From: a virus
Lineage: Duplodnaviria; Heunggongvirae; Uroviricota; Caudoviricetes
Strand: one strand, 5' to 3'
Length of the DNA: 64,000 bases
Virus record (IMG/VR): IMGVR_UViG_3300044719_000150
In this document: positions 1 to 9,429 of the stretch, piece after piece
Position numbering within the stretch: the first letter of the stretch is position 1
How the letters are laid out: each line of letters opens with the position of its first letter
Position numbers and translations under genes: made by a program
Notes under the pieces: model-generated
Databases searched by the model: none
The model's input: only the letters and a program-made list of their open reading frames with translations
What the model was told of the DNA's origin: nothing

Positions 1-470
1 TCGCCGCCCAGCATCGCCTCAACCGAGGTGGTGCGCGTGTCGGTATAGCGGTCGTGCTCCAGCTCCAGGGTGAGCCGTATCGGAATGTCGCTCATATCCC
101 AGTCGCCATCGTCGGTCAGGCCCAGCGTGCAGTCCACGTAGTCGAGGATCATGTGCCCGACCTCGTCGATGGTGCACGCCTGTGTCGCGCCGTTCATGAT
201 GCCCGGCCCGTTGATGCGGAAGATCTCCCAGCCGTGAATCCAGGGCCGGATCACCGCGTCGTAGCCCTCGTCCAGGGCCCGCTTGCGCATGTGCAGCAGG
301 CCGGGGGTGGGGTCGTCCATCTCATCCTCCAGTTCGTCTCTCAGGTAGCGCCGTAGAGCGCTCTTGGCGGCCTTGCGCTGGTCCCTCACGGACCGCGAGG
401 AGTCCGGGCAGTCCAAACCTGCGGGGGCATGGCAGGCGGGGCACCACGAGCGAGCGTAGCGCCCCGCCAT
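1..470 (-). CDS. hypothetical protein, partial (C-terminus beyond window start); ATG at 470
   Basis: Minus-strand translation from 470 continues past position 1 as a protein-like sequence (MAGRYARSWCPACHAP...); the plus-strand ORF 54..356 is the GC-rich antisense frame. Confidence 0.5.
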   Translation of the reverse strand, partial: MAGRYARSWCPACHAPAGLDCPDSSRSVRDQRKAAKSALRRYLRDELEDEMDDPTPGLLHMRKRALDEGYDAVIRPWIHGWEIFRINGPGIMNGATQACTIDEVGHMILDYVDCTLGLTDDGDWDMSDIPIRLTLELEHDRYTDTRTTSVEAMLGG

Positions 471-490
471 CCGGTCGCGCGAGGGGAGCA

Positions 491-1522
491 TTACTTCAGG
501 ATCACGCCCTGCTGTCCGGCCACCATCTTGCGGTTGGACGAGGTGGATTCGATGTAGAGATCGTAATCCGGATTCCAGTCCGGCTTGACGCGCACGGTCA
601 TCGCAGGCAGCCCGACGATGTTGCGAGCATCGGGACCGGTGAAAGCCTTCCCCGTCCTGCGCTCCAGCACGATGACACGCTTCTGTGGCTGGATCGTCTC
701 CGTCTTGATCAACTGATAGAAACAGCTGCCCGTGCGGTACTCGCGCCCGGTCACGCTGCGCGCCCACTCGTTGATCGGCATATCCCGCTCAACCTTGTGC
801 AGGTCGTAGCTCGACGGGTCCAGCGGAGTCAGGGTGCTGACGGTCTGCTTGTTGACCGCGTCCGCGCCGGTGGAGAACAGCGAGCGCGTGCCCCGCACGC
901 CGGAGGCGCGGCTGGTCATGTACGTCTCGGTGGCCGCGCGGATCATGTCTCCGCCGCGCGCCACGCCCGCCGCCGAGGTGGGCTCCCAGATCGCGATGTT
1001 ATCGGAGGGGAAGCCGAAGCGAACCGCGTTCCTGCGGCCCTCCTGGTCCGGCACCAGCAGGGCGTTGGTCCAGTTGTCCGGCAGTGCCTTCAGCTTGTTC
1101 TCCAGCTTGCGCTGCGCGTCAGGCCTGCTTCGGTTCTCCTCGCCGTCGGTCGCGCCGTAGATCAGGAACGCGTGGTCGCCGTACAGCTGCGCCGTCTTCT
1201 CCAGGTCATCGATGGCCTTGAGGTAGGCGTCCAGCAGCGGCGTGCCGCCGTCCGGCTTGTAGTGATTCTTGATGCTCGGCAGGCGCAGCGCGTCCTTGTC
1301 GTAGAAGACGCACTGGATATTCGGGCGCGGAGCCCCCCATCCGCCCAGGTCGTTGAAGGTGTAGACGGTGATGCGCGTCTCCTGGTCCAGTTCCTGGGAC
1401 CGCTTCGCGAGGTAGCCGGTCAGGTCGTCGATCACCGAGACGAGATCGTTGCGATACGGATTCATGGACCAGCTCGCGTCCAGCACGAACGCGACGTGGT
1501 TGATGTAGTTCTGAGTACTCAT
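491..1522 (-). CDS. von Willebrand factor A (vWA) domain protein
   Basis: 343-aa ORF; MIDAS-type motif DxSxS near the N-terminus (FVLDASWSM); antisense GC-rich ORFs rejected. Confidence 0.7.
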   Translation of the reverse strand: MSTQNYINHVAFVLDASWSMNPYRNDLVSVIDDLTGYLAKRSQELDQETRITVYTFNDLGGWGAPRPNIQCVFYDKDALRLPSIKNHYKPDGGTPLLDAYLKAIDDLEKTAQLYGDHAFLIYGATDGEENRSRPDAQRKLENKLKALPDNWTNALLVPDQEGRRNAVRFGFPSDNIAIWEPTSAAGVARGGDMIRAATETYMTSRASGVRGTRSLFSTGADAVNKQTVSTLTPLDPSSYDLHKVERDMPINEWARSVTGREYRTGSCFYQLIKTETIQPQKRVIVLERRTGKAFTGPDARNIVGLPAMTVRVKPDWNPDYDLYIESTSSNRKMVAGQQGVILK

Positions 1523-1903
1523 GGGTTCCTAACGCTGAGGTTTTCCCGGAAACGCGGCGTCCCCCGCCCAGTATCCGAGGACGGGGGACAACTTAATAGG
1601 GTTGGTGATCAGCACCACAAGGCTGACGGCCACTTTTTCAGAGAGGCCATTCCCTGCCGCGTTGGCCACGAGACTCCGGCACTGCTGAATGAAACCCGAC
1701 GAGCTACCACTGCTCTACCAGACCATGGAGAGGTCTGGGCCAGGATCGAACTGGCGACCTTCGGATGTCTCATGCCTCGGTTCCCGTGTTCACTCCACGC
1801 TGTCGCATTGTTCAGTCTGGAGCGATAGCCTGAGTCTCAGCCCTCTTTAAGTCGGGCATTCAGTCTAAGCTTCAGTCTCAACTTGCGCTCGTGGACTATC
1901 GTA

Positions 1904-2647
1904 TCACAGCAACGGGCTGAAGACAAACCCCGTAACCGCGTGGCCGACGTTCTGGTCACGCGCCTCGACCGAGTTGGCCTCCTCGCGGGCGTGCAGCACG
2001 GCCAGGCGCAGCTTGACCAGCCGCTCCTGAACCTCGCGGACGGCAGCGGCCGGGAACGCGCCGGAGAACTTCACGGCGGTCCAGGTGCCCACCATGACGT
2101 CCTCGGAGACCTCCTTGACCTGCGCCGGGTGCTTGTCCGTGGCGGGGTACAGCACGACCGGCTTCGTGGTCTTCTTGTTGCGCACGGTCTGCTCGGGGTC
2201 GGAGCGCCACATGCCCGCCGTGGTCTCGTCGCGGGTCCAGTGGACCGCCGGGTCCAGAGTCGGCAGCGCGGCGACGAACCGCTCCCACTCGGCGATCTGC
2301 TTCTCCAGGAACAGCAGGTAGCTGACGGGCGCCTCGGGGACCAGCACCTGGCCGTCGATCTTCACGTCGGCCTTGGCCTCGGTGTTGGCGTACTCGGTGG
2401 TCGCGGTGATGTCCAGCAGGCGGGCGAGGTTCTCGCCGACCAGGGCCATCACGTCGGCGGCACTCAGCTGCGCGAGCTTGGTCTCGGCCGGAAGGCGGTC
2501 ACCTTCGTCGTCCTTGGGCGCGTAGGTGCGGCTCAGGCCCTCCAGCCAGTCGCGGCGGGACAGGCCGGTGCGGGCCTCGGCCAGGGCCTTGGCGGTGGTC
2601 TCCTGGATGGTCTTGCGCAGGGGCAGGAGCTGGTGCAGTCGTGACAT
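1904..2647 (-). CDS. hypothetical protein
   Basis: 247-aa ORF; strong RBS GAGGAGG 6 nt upstream of the ATG (revcomp of 2648-2665). Confidence 0.65.
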   Translation of the reverse strand: MSRLHQLLPLRKTIQETTAKALAEARTGLSRRDWLEGLSRTYAPKDDEGDRLPAETKLAQLSAADVMALVGENLARLLDITATTEYANTEAKADVKIDGQVLVPEAPVSYLLFLEKQIAEWERFVAALPTLDPAVHWTRDETTAGMWRSDPEQTVRNKKTTKPVVLYPATDKHPAQVKEVSEDVMVGTWTAVKFSGAFPAAAVREVQERLVKLRLAVLHAREEANSVEARDQNVGHAVTGFVFSPLL

Positions 2648-2788
2648 GGGTTTCCTCCTCGGGTGAGTATGAGTCTAAAGCGGCGGACGACATCTGGGTT
2701 TCGTCACGGGTTCGGCCGCATGGATTAGCGTAGCACGAACGCCCCGCAGGAGGGGAAGATCCTGACGGGGCGTTCGCGGTGTCCGGAG

Positions 2789-3046
2789 CTAGAACCGGTC
2801 GGGGTCAGTGTACTTGGCGTACCCGTCGATGTTCTCCGGGCGCCCGAAGAGAACGGCGCACACCTTCAGCGTGGCGCCCGCCCTGCGGACCTCCGCGCGG
2901 GCCTGGTCCTCGGCGTACCGGGCGTTGCTGGTCGGGTAGCGCTCCAGCCAGCGCTCGTCGCTCTCTACGACCACCCCAACGACTGTGCACCAGTCATCGT
3001 CCCGGATCTCGGCTTCGAGCCGCTCGGCTGCGGTCTGGGGCCTCAC
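2789..3046 (-). CDS. hypothetical small protein (GTG start overlapping upstream stop, GTGA)
   Basis: In-frame tail of ORF 2789..3589; GTG overlaps the TGA of the lipoprotein gene. Confidence 0.4.
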   Translation of the reverse strand: MRPQTAAERLEAEIRDDDWCTVVGVVVESDERWLERYPTSNARYAEDQARAEVRRAGATLKVCAVLFGRPENIDGYAKYTDPDRF

Positions 3047-3657
3047 TTGCGCCCCGCGCTGTAGCCGGAGTAGCTGCGGCCGGAGCTGTAGCCGCCGGTT
3101 CCGCCGCCGTGGCAGCTGATGCACGAGCGCGAGCCGCCGCCGTAGGTGGTCCCGTTGCGCGAGCCGCCGCCGTAGGTCTTCGCGCCCACCGGCGCAGTCG
3201 AAGTGAAGCTGCTCTTGCCGATCGAGCTGTACCCGCGCACAGTGGAGCCGTTGGAGCCCCGGTAGACCGCCGACGCCGAGTATCTGCGCACGCCGCTGGT
3301 GAAGGATGGGGTGTGGTTGTACTTGACGACCGTGACGCTGATGTAGGTGTGGCGCACGGAGACCGGCATGTACGTGTTGTAATACGCCGGGCTCTCGTAG
3401 TAGTTCCAGTAGGTCTCCAGCCAGACCTGCGGCGCCAGCGTGGGGATGGAGGACGGGCACAGGCCCGCGCGCATCAGCGCCGTCGCCTCGGCCGGATCCT
3501 GCACGTAGTAGCACTCGTTGACGTTGTTCACGACCTGGTAGTACGCGGCGGGCGCGTAACTGACCGGGGCGTTGCTGCTCGGGCCGCACGCGGACAGTGC
3601 GCTCGCGGCGACGGCGAGGCCGAGCGCGGCGGCAAGGCGCCGAAGGGTTCTGATCAT
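3043..3657 (-). CDS. putative lipoprotein with Tyr/Gly/Ser-rich C-terminal region
   Basis: Signal peptide plus LSAC lipobox; RBS GAGGAGG before the ATG; upstream TAACGT promoter motif at 3697-3710. Confidence 0.65.
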   Translation of the reverse strand: MIRTLRRLAAALGLAVAASALSACGPSSNAPVSYAPAAYYQVVNNVNECYYVQDPAEATALMRAGLCPSSIPTLAPQVWLETYWNYYESPAYYNTYMPVSVRHTYISVTVVKYNHTPSFTSGVRRYSASAVYRGSNGSTVRGYSSIGKSSFTSTAPVGAKTYGGGSRNGTTYGGGSRSCISCHGGGTGGYSSGRSYSGYSAGRK

Positions 3658-3855
3658 GTAGCCTCCTCGGAGTCGGACGGATCGGTCGGGCGGAGCGTAT
3701 TACGTTATGCCGCCCGGCGCAAGTGTCAGAACGATGCCGAGCATGTTTGCCAACCTACAGTCGTCGTGATACGTTCTCCCTACCGGCGGCCAGAAGCAGA
3801 CCGTGACCCATCTTCCTTCGCGCCGCCGGACCTCGACCGAAAGGAGGCCCTGACC

Positions 3856-4131
3856 TTGGATGGTATCGCTGATCCGCAAGGTGATGGCGGCGCCTGGCAC
3901 CAGGTGCGCGTCTACGTGGACACCAGCATCGGCTCCGACGGCGTCGAGCGCCCCGTGCTGACCTACGACCTGCCGAAGTGCGACGAGGCCTGCGACCGGC
4001 CCGGCCACTGCTTCCTGCTGACCACCATGTGGCCGCCGGAAGCCTGGGAAGCCCCGACCGGCCCCGGCGACTTCCGCGTGCGCTGGGTCGTCAACGGCTA
4101 CGGCGAGACCCTCGAATGGGAGGAGCGGTGA
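3856..4131 (+). CDS. hypothetical protein (TTG start)
   Basis: RBS AAGGAGG at 3841-3847, then TTG at 3856; protein-like C-terminal part of the long GC ORF 2779..4131. Confidence 0.45.
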   Translation: MDGIADPQGDGGAWHQVRVYVDTSIGSDGVERPVLTYDLPKCDEACDRPGHCFLLTTMWPPEAWEAPTGPGDFRVRWVVNGYGETLEWEER

Positions 4132-4133
4132 TC

Positions 4134-4481
4134 GTGGGCGCACTGTTCACTGGGCTTTCCTGGCTCTTCTGCGGAGCCGTGGCGGCTCGTTGGAACTACT
4201 CCTACTTCCGCACGAAAGGGATCAACGAGGGGGTTGCGCGTAAGCGCCTAGACCCAGTCAAGTACTGGGAGGAGTGGGACCGGTTCGACGTCATCGGGGG
4301 CAGCGTGCTGGCATTTCTCGCGGGACCGCTCTACGTGACCCTGGCGATCATCGTGCGGTTCGTGGCCTCCGGCGTCCGTAAGACGGACTATGAGAAGGAG
4401 CTGGAGCTGGCCGCCGCGCGCAAGAAGATCGACGACATGGAGAAGGAAGCCAAGCGACTCCAGAAACTGCTCGGCGCATGA
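4134..4481 (+). CDS. hypothetical membrane protein
   Basis: GTG at 4134 after AGGAG; hydrophobic N-terminal helix (GALFTGLSWLFCGAVAA). Confidence 0.5.
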   Translation: MGALFTGLSWLFCGAVAARWNYSYFRTKGINEGVARKRLDPVKYWEEWDRFDVIGGSVLAFLAGPLYVTLAIIVRFVASGVRKTDYEKELELAAARKKIDDMEKEAKRLQKLLGA

Positions 4482-4966
4482 GGTGGACCACGGTGTACGT
4501 CCATCCGGAGCACGAGGACATCCAGCGCCGCGCGCTCGTGGTCACAGCCCCGATCGACGACGTGTCCGGTCCGCTGAAGCACGGCCAGATTGTGCGTATA
4601 CACATCTTTGACGCCGACAACCGGCCGGGGTATGGACAGGAATGCCTGGCCATCGCGCTCGGCGGCGACGCTGGTGACGAGGTACGCATCAGTCCGTCGT
4701 GGCACACCCTCGGCCCCGAGCCGGACTGGGACACCTCCACGCGGCACGACGGCACGCGCAATCACCTGACCTTCGGCTGGCGCTGGCAGTATCACCCGGC
4801 GCGCACGATGAATCTGCCGTGGTGGAAGTGGACCTGGAACGGCCACACCGACGAGTTCTGCAACAAGGCCTGGTGGTTCCGGCTGCCGTGGGCTTCGATC
4901 GCAGTGTTCTACAAGCGTCCGTACCGGACCAGGGAAGATGGGAGGTGCGAGGAATGTCAATGCTGA
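4478..4966 (+). CDS. hypothetical protein
   Basis: 162-aa ORF; ATGA overlap with the previous gene. Confidence 0.55.
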   Translation: MRWTTVYVHPEHEDIQRRALVVTAPIDDVSGPLKHGQIVRIHIFDADNRPGYGQECLAIALGGDAGDEVRISPSWHTLGPEPDWDTSTRHDGTRNHLTFGWRWQYHPARTMNLPWWKWTWNGHTDEFCNKAWWFRLPWASIAVFYKRPYRTREDGRCEECQC

Positions 4967-5163
4967 CCCCGGAAGAGCACGCCGACGACATGCTGATCAA
5001 CGCTGAGATGCGCGTCGGCGGAAACCTTGGGGTAGGAACCAAGGAAGGCGCGGCCGTCCTGCGGGAGCGCGGTTTCATTGGTCCGCAGGGCTGTCTGACG
5101 CGCGCTGGATTGGCCGAGGCCCGCAAGCTCTACCGCGAGTACTGGGAAGCGGGTGAAGGTTAA
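4954..5163 (+). CDS. hypothetical protein
   Basis: ATG 4954 preceded by GGGAGG; ends with a TAATG overlap to the next gene. Confidence 0.5.
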   Translation: MSMLTPEEHADDMLINAEMRVGGNLGVGTKEGAAVLRERGFIGPQGCLTRAGLAEARKLYREYWEAGEG

Positions 5164-5387
5164 TGGCCGAGCCGATGACCCCCGCTGACATCCTGGCCAG
5201 CGCGGAATTGGACGGCTGGCACGGTTTCTTCGACTGGGGGCTGAAGCCCGAGCACAGCGACGACCCGGCGATCCAGGTGCTGATCCGCAACGCCCGCGAT
5301 TATTTCGAGGCGTTCGAACGCTCCTGCAAGGAGCTGGGCGGCGCGTTGGAGCTGATCGTCGGGCCGGAGGTGCGCGATGAGTGCTGA
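5163..5387 (+). CDS. hypothetical protein
   Basis: 74-aa ORF, start coupled to the upstream stop. Confidence 0.55.
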   Translation: MAEPMTPADILASAELDGWHGFFDWGLKPEHSDDPAIQVLIRNARDYFEAFERSCKELGGALELIVGPEVRDEC

Positions 5388-5604
5388 AGGCAGGCTGCGC
5401 GACGAGCTGCGTCAGCAACTTGGGCATCGTTTTGGCCCCGGCGAGGACGAGGTAATGGAGAGCTTGCTGGACGAGGTCATGCGGACCTTCAAGGAGCGCG
5501 AGCTGCTGATCACTGGCGGCACGATCCTGGAAGTCGAGTCCGCACGGCCGCAGTCCGGCGTCTTCACGGACCCCGAATGGCGGGTGCGCCTTGCCCAAGA
5601 CTGA
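5377..5604 (+). CDS. hypothetical protein
   Basis: 75-aa ORF overlapping the neighbouring genes. Confidence 0.5.
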   Translation: MSAEGRLRDELRQQLGHRFGPGEDEVMESLLDEVMRTFKERELLITGGTILEVESARPQSGVFTDPEWRVRLAQD

Positions 5605-6007
5605 GCGCCCCGGCACGCGGTGCCCGTCCTGCAAGCGCTACGTGCCGCTGCTGAAGGACGGGCGCACGTTCAGCAAGCACACGACGCTGGAGAAGGGCTT
5701 TCAGGACTGCCCGATGTCCCGGCGCAAGGCGCCGAGCGACGCGGCCGAGAGGCGCCTGATCGAGGCGTTGGAGGCAGCGTTCTTCGAGTACTTCGGGCTC
5801 TCCTCGAACGAGTGGAACCCGGACGCCGACGAGGCTTCGGCGGCTCGTGCGGCGCTGGACGCGCTGCGCGCTGTGAATTTCCTGGTCGTGGACGGCCAGG
5901 TGTATCTCGTGACGGCAAGCCACGAGGTGGATGAATCCGGCGGCGAACGCCAATGGAGGATCACGACCGACGATGAAGGAGGAGGATACGCTGATGACGT
6001 GGACTGA
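5591..6007 (+). CDS. hypothetical protein (TTG start), CxxC motif
   Basis: 138-aa ORF; CPSC motif. Confidence 0.45.
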   Translation: MPKTERPGTRCPSCKRYVPLLKDGRTFSKHTTLEKGFQDCPMSRRKAPSDAAERRLIEALEAAFFEYFGLSSNEWNPDADEASAARAALDALRAVNFLVVDGQVYLVTASHEVDESGGERQWRITTDDEGGGYADDVD

Positions 6008-6533
6008 TCGGATGTGGGAGCAGCAGCCGGGCGTTCCGGTGCTGGGCAAGAGCCGCCTGACGAAGGAGGAGCAGGCGGTCGTGCTCGCGTACGCGCTGGG
6101 CGCGGACAACAGGGGCGCGGCCGATGCCGCGAAGGTGACGGAAGGCGTCCTCAAGGGCACCGTGCTGCCGCAGGCGCAGGCGAAACTGAAAGGCTTCACG
6201 GCCCCGAAGCTGGTCAAGCGCGGCTACCAGACCGGTGTGCTGCTGCTGGACTATCCGGGGGAGCACCCGAAGGGCGTGCGCGAACTGATGCAGGAGGAGG
6301 TTCCTGATCTGCTGGAAGTACTGCTGCTGATCGCCGACGGCTACAACAACAAGGAGATCTCCAGGGAGCTGGACGGCATCCCGGAGCCGACGGTCCGTAA
6401 CCGCGTGCTGACTCTGGCGCGGGGTTTCGCGGTGCAGCGCGGCATCGGCGGCCGGACGCAGCTGGCGTCGCGCGTCTTCGAGTTCGGCATCGTGGAGGGC
6501 GCGCAGGAGGCGCCCAGGAAGAACGGCAAGTAG
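5994..6533 (+). CDS. LuxR/GerE-type helix-turn-helix transcriptional regulator
   Basis: RBS AAGGAGGAGG upstream of ATG 5994; C-terminal HTH (LLEVLLLIADGYNNKEISRELDGIPEPTVRNRV). Confidence 0.6.
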   Translation: MTWTDRMWEQQPGVPVLGKSRLTKEEQAVVLAYALGADNRGAADAAKVTEGVLKGTVLPQAQAKLKGFTAPKLVKRGYQTGVLLLDYPGEHPKGVRELMQEEVPDLLEVLLLIADGYNNKEISRELDGIPEPTVRNRVLTLARGFAVQRGIGGRTQLASRVFEFGIVEGAQEAPRKNGK

Positions 6534-6783
6534 GACGACGGCGGGCCTGGGGCCACGAACCGAGCGCAGCGGGCAGGAAGGCCGCGCCCCAGGTTTTCGC
6601 CAAAAAATCAAGGTGCCCATTTTTTCAAATTGTTGCCGATAGTCAGGCGTCATGCTAGGATTAACGTATACCGCCCGGCCAGCCGCCACGCGAAACCCCT
6701 GGGTGTAACGCCGGACCCTAGAGCGGCCCGTACGACCCCGAAACCCATGTGCCGCGCGCCGCCCTTGACGAAAGGAGCCGTAC

Positions 6784-7332
6784 ATGAACCCCGAATCTGA
6801 AGCCCTGCTCGCTGAAGCCCTGGAGCGCGTCATGCGTGGCGTCGCCTACCTGGACGCCGAATTCCCCGGCTGGGAGGCGCATGCGAAGGTTGACTTCATC
6901 GACATGGAGAGCGGCGAGGATTGCGTCTTCGCGCAGCTCGTGCGCAGCATGCCCGCACTGGCCGATGTGCCGCTGGACCCCACCGGATGGTGCACGGCGT
7001 ATGCTCGCGGCGTTGTCCACCTGTTCCCAGCTTTTGACGGAGATCAGCGTGACGCCTGGGGGAAGCTTCACGGCTTCTTGGACGGCCGCACGCAGGAGGG
7101 CGGCCCCTGGGTCGGCTATCACACTCTGGGGCCGCTCTGGAAGCGCATCATCCGGGAGCGCCAGGAGGCTTTCGCGGTCAAGCCCGGCTCGACGCTGACC
7201 GCACCTTCCACGACGGCCGAGGAGGACCGCGAGTTCAACGACGCGTACCAGGAGCGTGGGATCTTCGCGGACGAGCCCACCTATGGTGACGTAGCCTACG
7301 ACGACGCTTTCGACGAGGAGGGCGACGACTGA
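6784..7332 (+). CDS. hypothetical acidic protein
   Basis: 182-aa ORF; RBS GAAAGGAG before the ATG. Confidence 0.6.
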   Translation: MNPESEALLAEALERVMRGVAYLDAEFPGWEAHAKVDFIDMESGEDCVFAQLVRSMPALADVPLDPTGWCTAYARGVVHLFPAFDGDQRDAWGKLHGFLDGRTQEGGPWVGYHTLGPLWKRIIRERQEAFAVKPGSTLTAPSTTAEEDREFNDAYQERGIFADEPTYGDVAYDDAFDEEGDD

Positions 7333-7364
7333 GGGCCCTGATTCACGTAGCCGGGGTCCTCGTC

Positions 7365-7664
7365 ATGTGCGCGGGCCTCGGCTACCTTGTCGGCTACACA
7401 ATGCACATCGCGAGAATGGAGGCACACCGGGTGGCGGTGAAGTATGTCCGCAACGGCCAGGAAGTGGTGTTCACGCGGGAGCCGGACCGGCTGCTGGAGC
7501 GCTGGGGCGAGGGTCACGACCGCGTCCTGTTCCAGAGCGCGCTGCCGGAGGACCTGCGCCAGCGCATGGAGCACCGCGACGAGGTTCTGCGCCACCAGGG
7601 CTTCGAGCCGGAAACCCCGTGGGTGGCGCTGTTCGAGGTTGACTTGCCGTCCCCAACGGACTAA
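7365..7664 (+). CDS. hypothetical protein
   Basis: 99-aa ORF; start uncertain (ATG 7365 or 7401). Confidence 0.45.
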   Translation: MCAGLGYLVGYTMHIARMEAHRVAVKYVRNGQEVVFTREPDRLLERWGEGHDRVLFQSALPEDLRQRMEHRDEVLRHQGFEPETPWVALFEVDLPSPTD

Positions 7665-7668
7665 CGTA
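7641..7668 (+). promoter_or_regulatory. sigma70-like promoter: -35 TTGACT, 16-nt spacer, -10 TAACGT (part of the GGACTAACGTATGC motif)
   Basis: Hexamers and spacing read directly; lies upstream of the gene starting at 7741. Confidence 0.55.
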
Positions 7669-7740
7669 TGCATTACCGGCGGCCCGAGAGCCCACGAAAC
7701 CCATTCTTGCATCGCTGCCGGATCATCGGAAGGAGGCGCT

Positions 7741-7986
7741 ATGAGCATCATGGAGGGAGATCGGCTGACCAGGGAATACTTCGTCGTATTGGTCGGTGAG
7801 GCATGGGGGGCTGGCGGGCTCGGCAAGTACAGGTTGGCCGAGACCATTCAGGTCGGCTACTGGTCCACCGCCGAAGAGGTATACTTCGCGGCACTGAACA
7901 AGCTGGCAGACATGAACGACTTCCTGCCCTCGCAGTTCAACGTGTCGTCCTACTTCTGTGCCCGGAACAACGTGGGCGGCGACTGA
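7741..7986 (+). CDS. hypothetical protein
   Basis: RBS GGAAGGAGG before ATG 7741. Confidence 0.55.
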   Translation: MSIMEGDRLTREYFVVLVGEAWGAGGLGKYRLAETIQVGYWSTAEEVYFAALNKLADMNDFLPSQFNVSSYFCARNNVGGD

Positions 7987-8339
7987 TGAGCGACTGGCGT
8001 GACGGATTCAACCAGGCGGCCTTGGACTACATGGTCCTCAACGGCGGCGTGGCGAACATGACCGAGCGGTACGGTCACCGCGATTTCGACGTCTACGACC
8101 CGTGGAACCGCACCCCTGCGGCGATGCTGGAGCACATCGTGGCCTGCGGCATCGACTATGGCAAGTCCGGGCCCGTCTCGGGTTGCGAGTGGTCTCAGTT
8201 CGAGGACACCTACACGACCAACTCTGACCACGTCGGGCTGACCGGCCCCGTGCGCTGCACCTGCGGTAAGGTGGACGAGCAGTTCGTGATCGAGGGCTCG
8301 TTCTCTGAGATCCTATCCGGAATCCTCCTGAAGGGTTGA
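7986..8339 (+). CDS. hypothetical protein
   Basis: ATG 7986 overlaps the upstream TGA. Confidence 0.55.
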   Translation: MSDWRDGFNQAALDYMVLNGGVANMTERYGHRDFDVYDPWNRTPAAMLEHIVACGIDYGKSGPVSGCEWSQFEDTYTTNSDHVGLTGPVRCTCGKVDEQFVIEGSFSEILSGILLKG

Positions 8340-8341
8340 TC

Positions 8342-8575
8342 ATGGATACTCGGCTGGTCACCATCAAGGACATCGCTCTGTTCAAGGGCTGGCCCGAGGA
8401 GCGCATCCTGATCGACGGCTCCAAGATCGGTAAGGCGATGGCGGCCCGCTACCGCGCGCTGACCGGCATGGAGCCCGAGAAGGTTCCGCAGCTGATCCGG
8501 GGCAAGGAGCGGCTGGTGTGTGCCTACCCGCAGCAGTTCATGAAACAACTGGGACAGGTCTGGCGCAGGAGCTAA
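8342..8575 (+). CDS. hypothetical protein
   Basis: RBS GAAGGG; GATCATG start context. Confidence 0.5.
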   Translation: MDTRLVTIKDIALFKGWPEERILIDGSKIGKAMAARYRALTGMEPEKVPQLIRGKERLVCAYPQQFMKQLGQVWRRS

Positions 8576-8891
8576 ACTGAAGGCGCGTCCGTATACCCTC
8601 GCCCTACGAAGGCGCTGAAAGGTTAACTGGACACATGCGGGTTCGACTCCCGCCGGGCGCACTGCACGGCCAATAGCGCTCCACTACCCAGTACTCTTGC
8701 GCTGTGCTACGCTAATCCCGGTATCGGTTGGGCGCAAAGCCCCGCTTCCTTGACATGAGGTGGCGGGGCTCTGTTATGCTGGCGCTACGCCCCACCCAGG
8801 CGCCGCAATTCTCTTATTTACGTAAATCCCCTGTTGCTCGCCATGCGACGCGCAAACGTTTATCATCTGCATCAAGATGAAAGGCGTTTTC

Positions 8892-9155
8892 ATGCAACAG
8901 TTGCGATTCCAATCGCCTGCGGAGGACGAGCCCGACGAGGGCGATCACCTGATCATGGGTTTCGCGCCGGACAGCCCATGGCGAGCCCTTGATGCTCCGT
9001 TCATGCAATACGGGGACTGGTCTCGACAAGTAGAGGCCGGTACGTGCACACTATGCGGTAGGCCCGCACAGCGTGGCATCAAGCGCTGGTGGCACACAGA
9101 AGAATCGTGCTGGCCTGTCAAACCTGGCAGGATCGCTAAATTCCGAGGTGAGTGA
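8892..9155 (+). CDS. hypothetical protein (CxxC)
   Basis: ATG after GAAAGG; lies in an AT-richer region. Confidence 0.45.
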   Translation: MQQLRFQSPAEDEPDEGDHLIMGFAPDSPWRALDAPFMQYGDWSRQVEAGTCTLCGRPAQRGIKRWWHTEESCWPVKPGRIAKFRGE

Positions 9156-9157
9156 CA

Positions 9158-9429
9158 TGAATAAGATTGAAACCATCTGGCACGACCTGGTCCAGAAGAT
9201 CGAGAACCTGCGTCACCACCTCGACCCGCAGCTGCACCAGTCTCTCGACGAGATCAGCCTGCACGCCGCCCAGCTGAAGAACGCTGCCACGGCCGAGGCC
9301 GCGAAGGTCGAGACGGACACCAGCAAGTTCGTCGGCGCCGAGGTCAAGACGGTGTCCGAGGACGCCCTCAAGGCCGCGCAGAGCGTCCAGGCCCAGGCTC
9401 CGGCGGTCGTGAAGGACATCCTGAAGTAA
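9158..9429 (+). CDS. hypothetical helical protein
   Basis: RBS GAGGTGAG before ATG 9158. Confidence 0.55.

Noticed and set aside
1690-1745. T-arm-like hairpin GCCAG-TTCGATC-CTGGC (minus-strand reading) suggesting a minus-strand tRNA or att core
   Set aside because: No matching 5' acceptor strand or D/anticodon arms within 100 nt; more likely a terminator hairpin pair in a convergent intergenic region.
797-1828. Long ORFs on the strand opposite to annotated genes (e.g. 797..1828, 2779..4131 N-terminal part, 11319..12125, 26675..27970, 41547..42341, 42004..42840, 54266..55630, 54865..55671, 60521..61777 N-terminal part, 61099..62046)
   Set aside because: They are typical GC-rich antisense or shadow frames: Arg/Ala/Gly/Pro-rich low-complexity translations, with no RBS, overlapping better-supported genes with recognisable domains.
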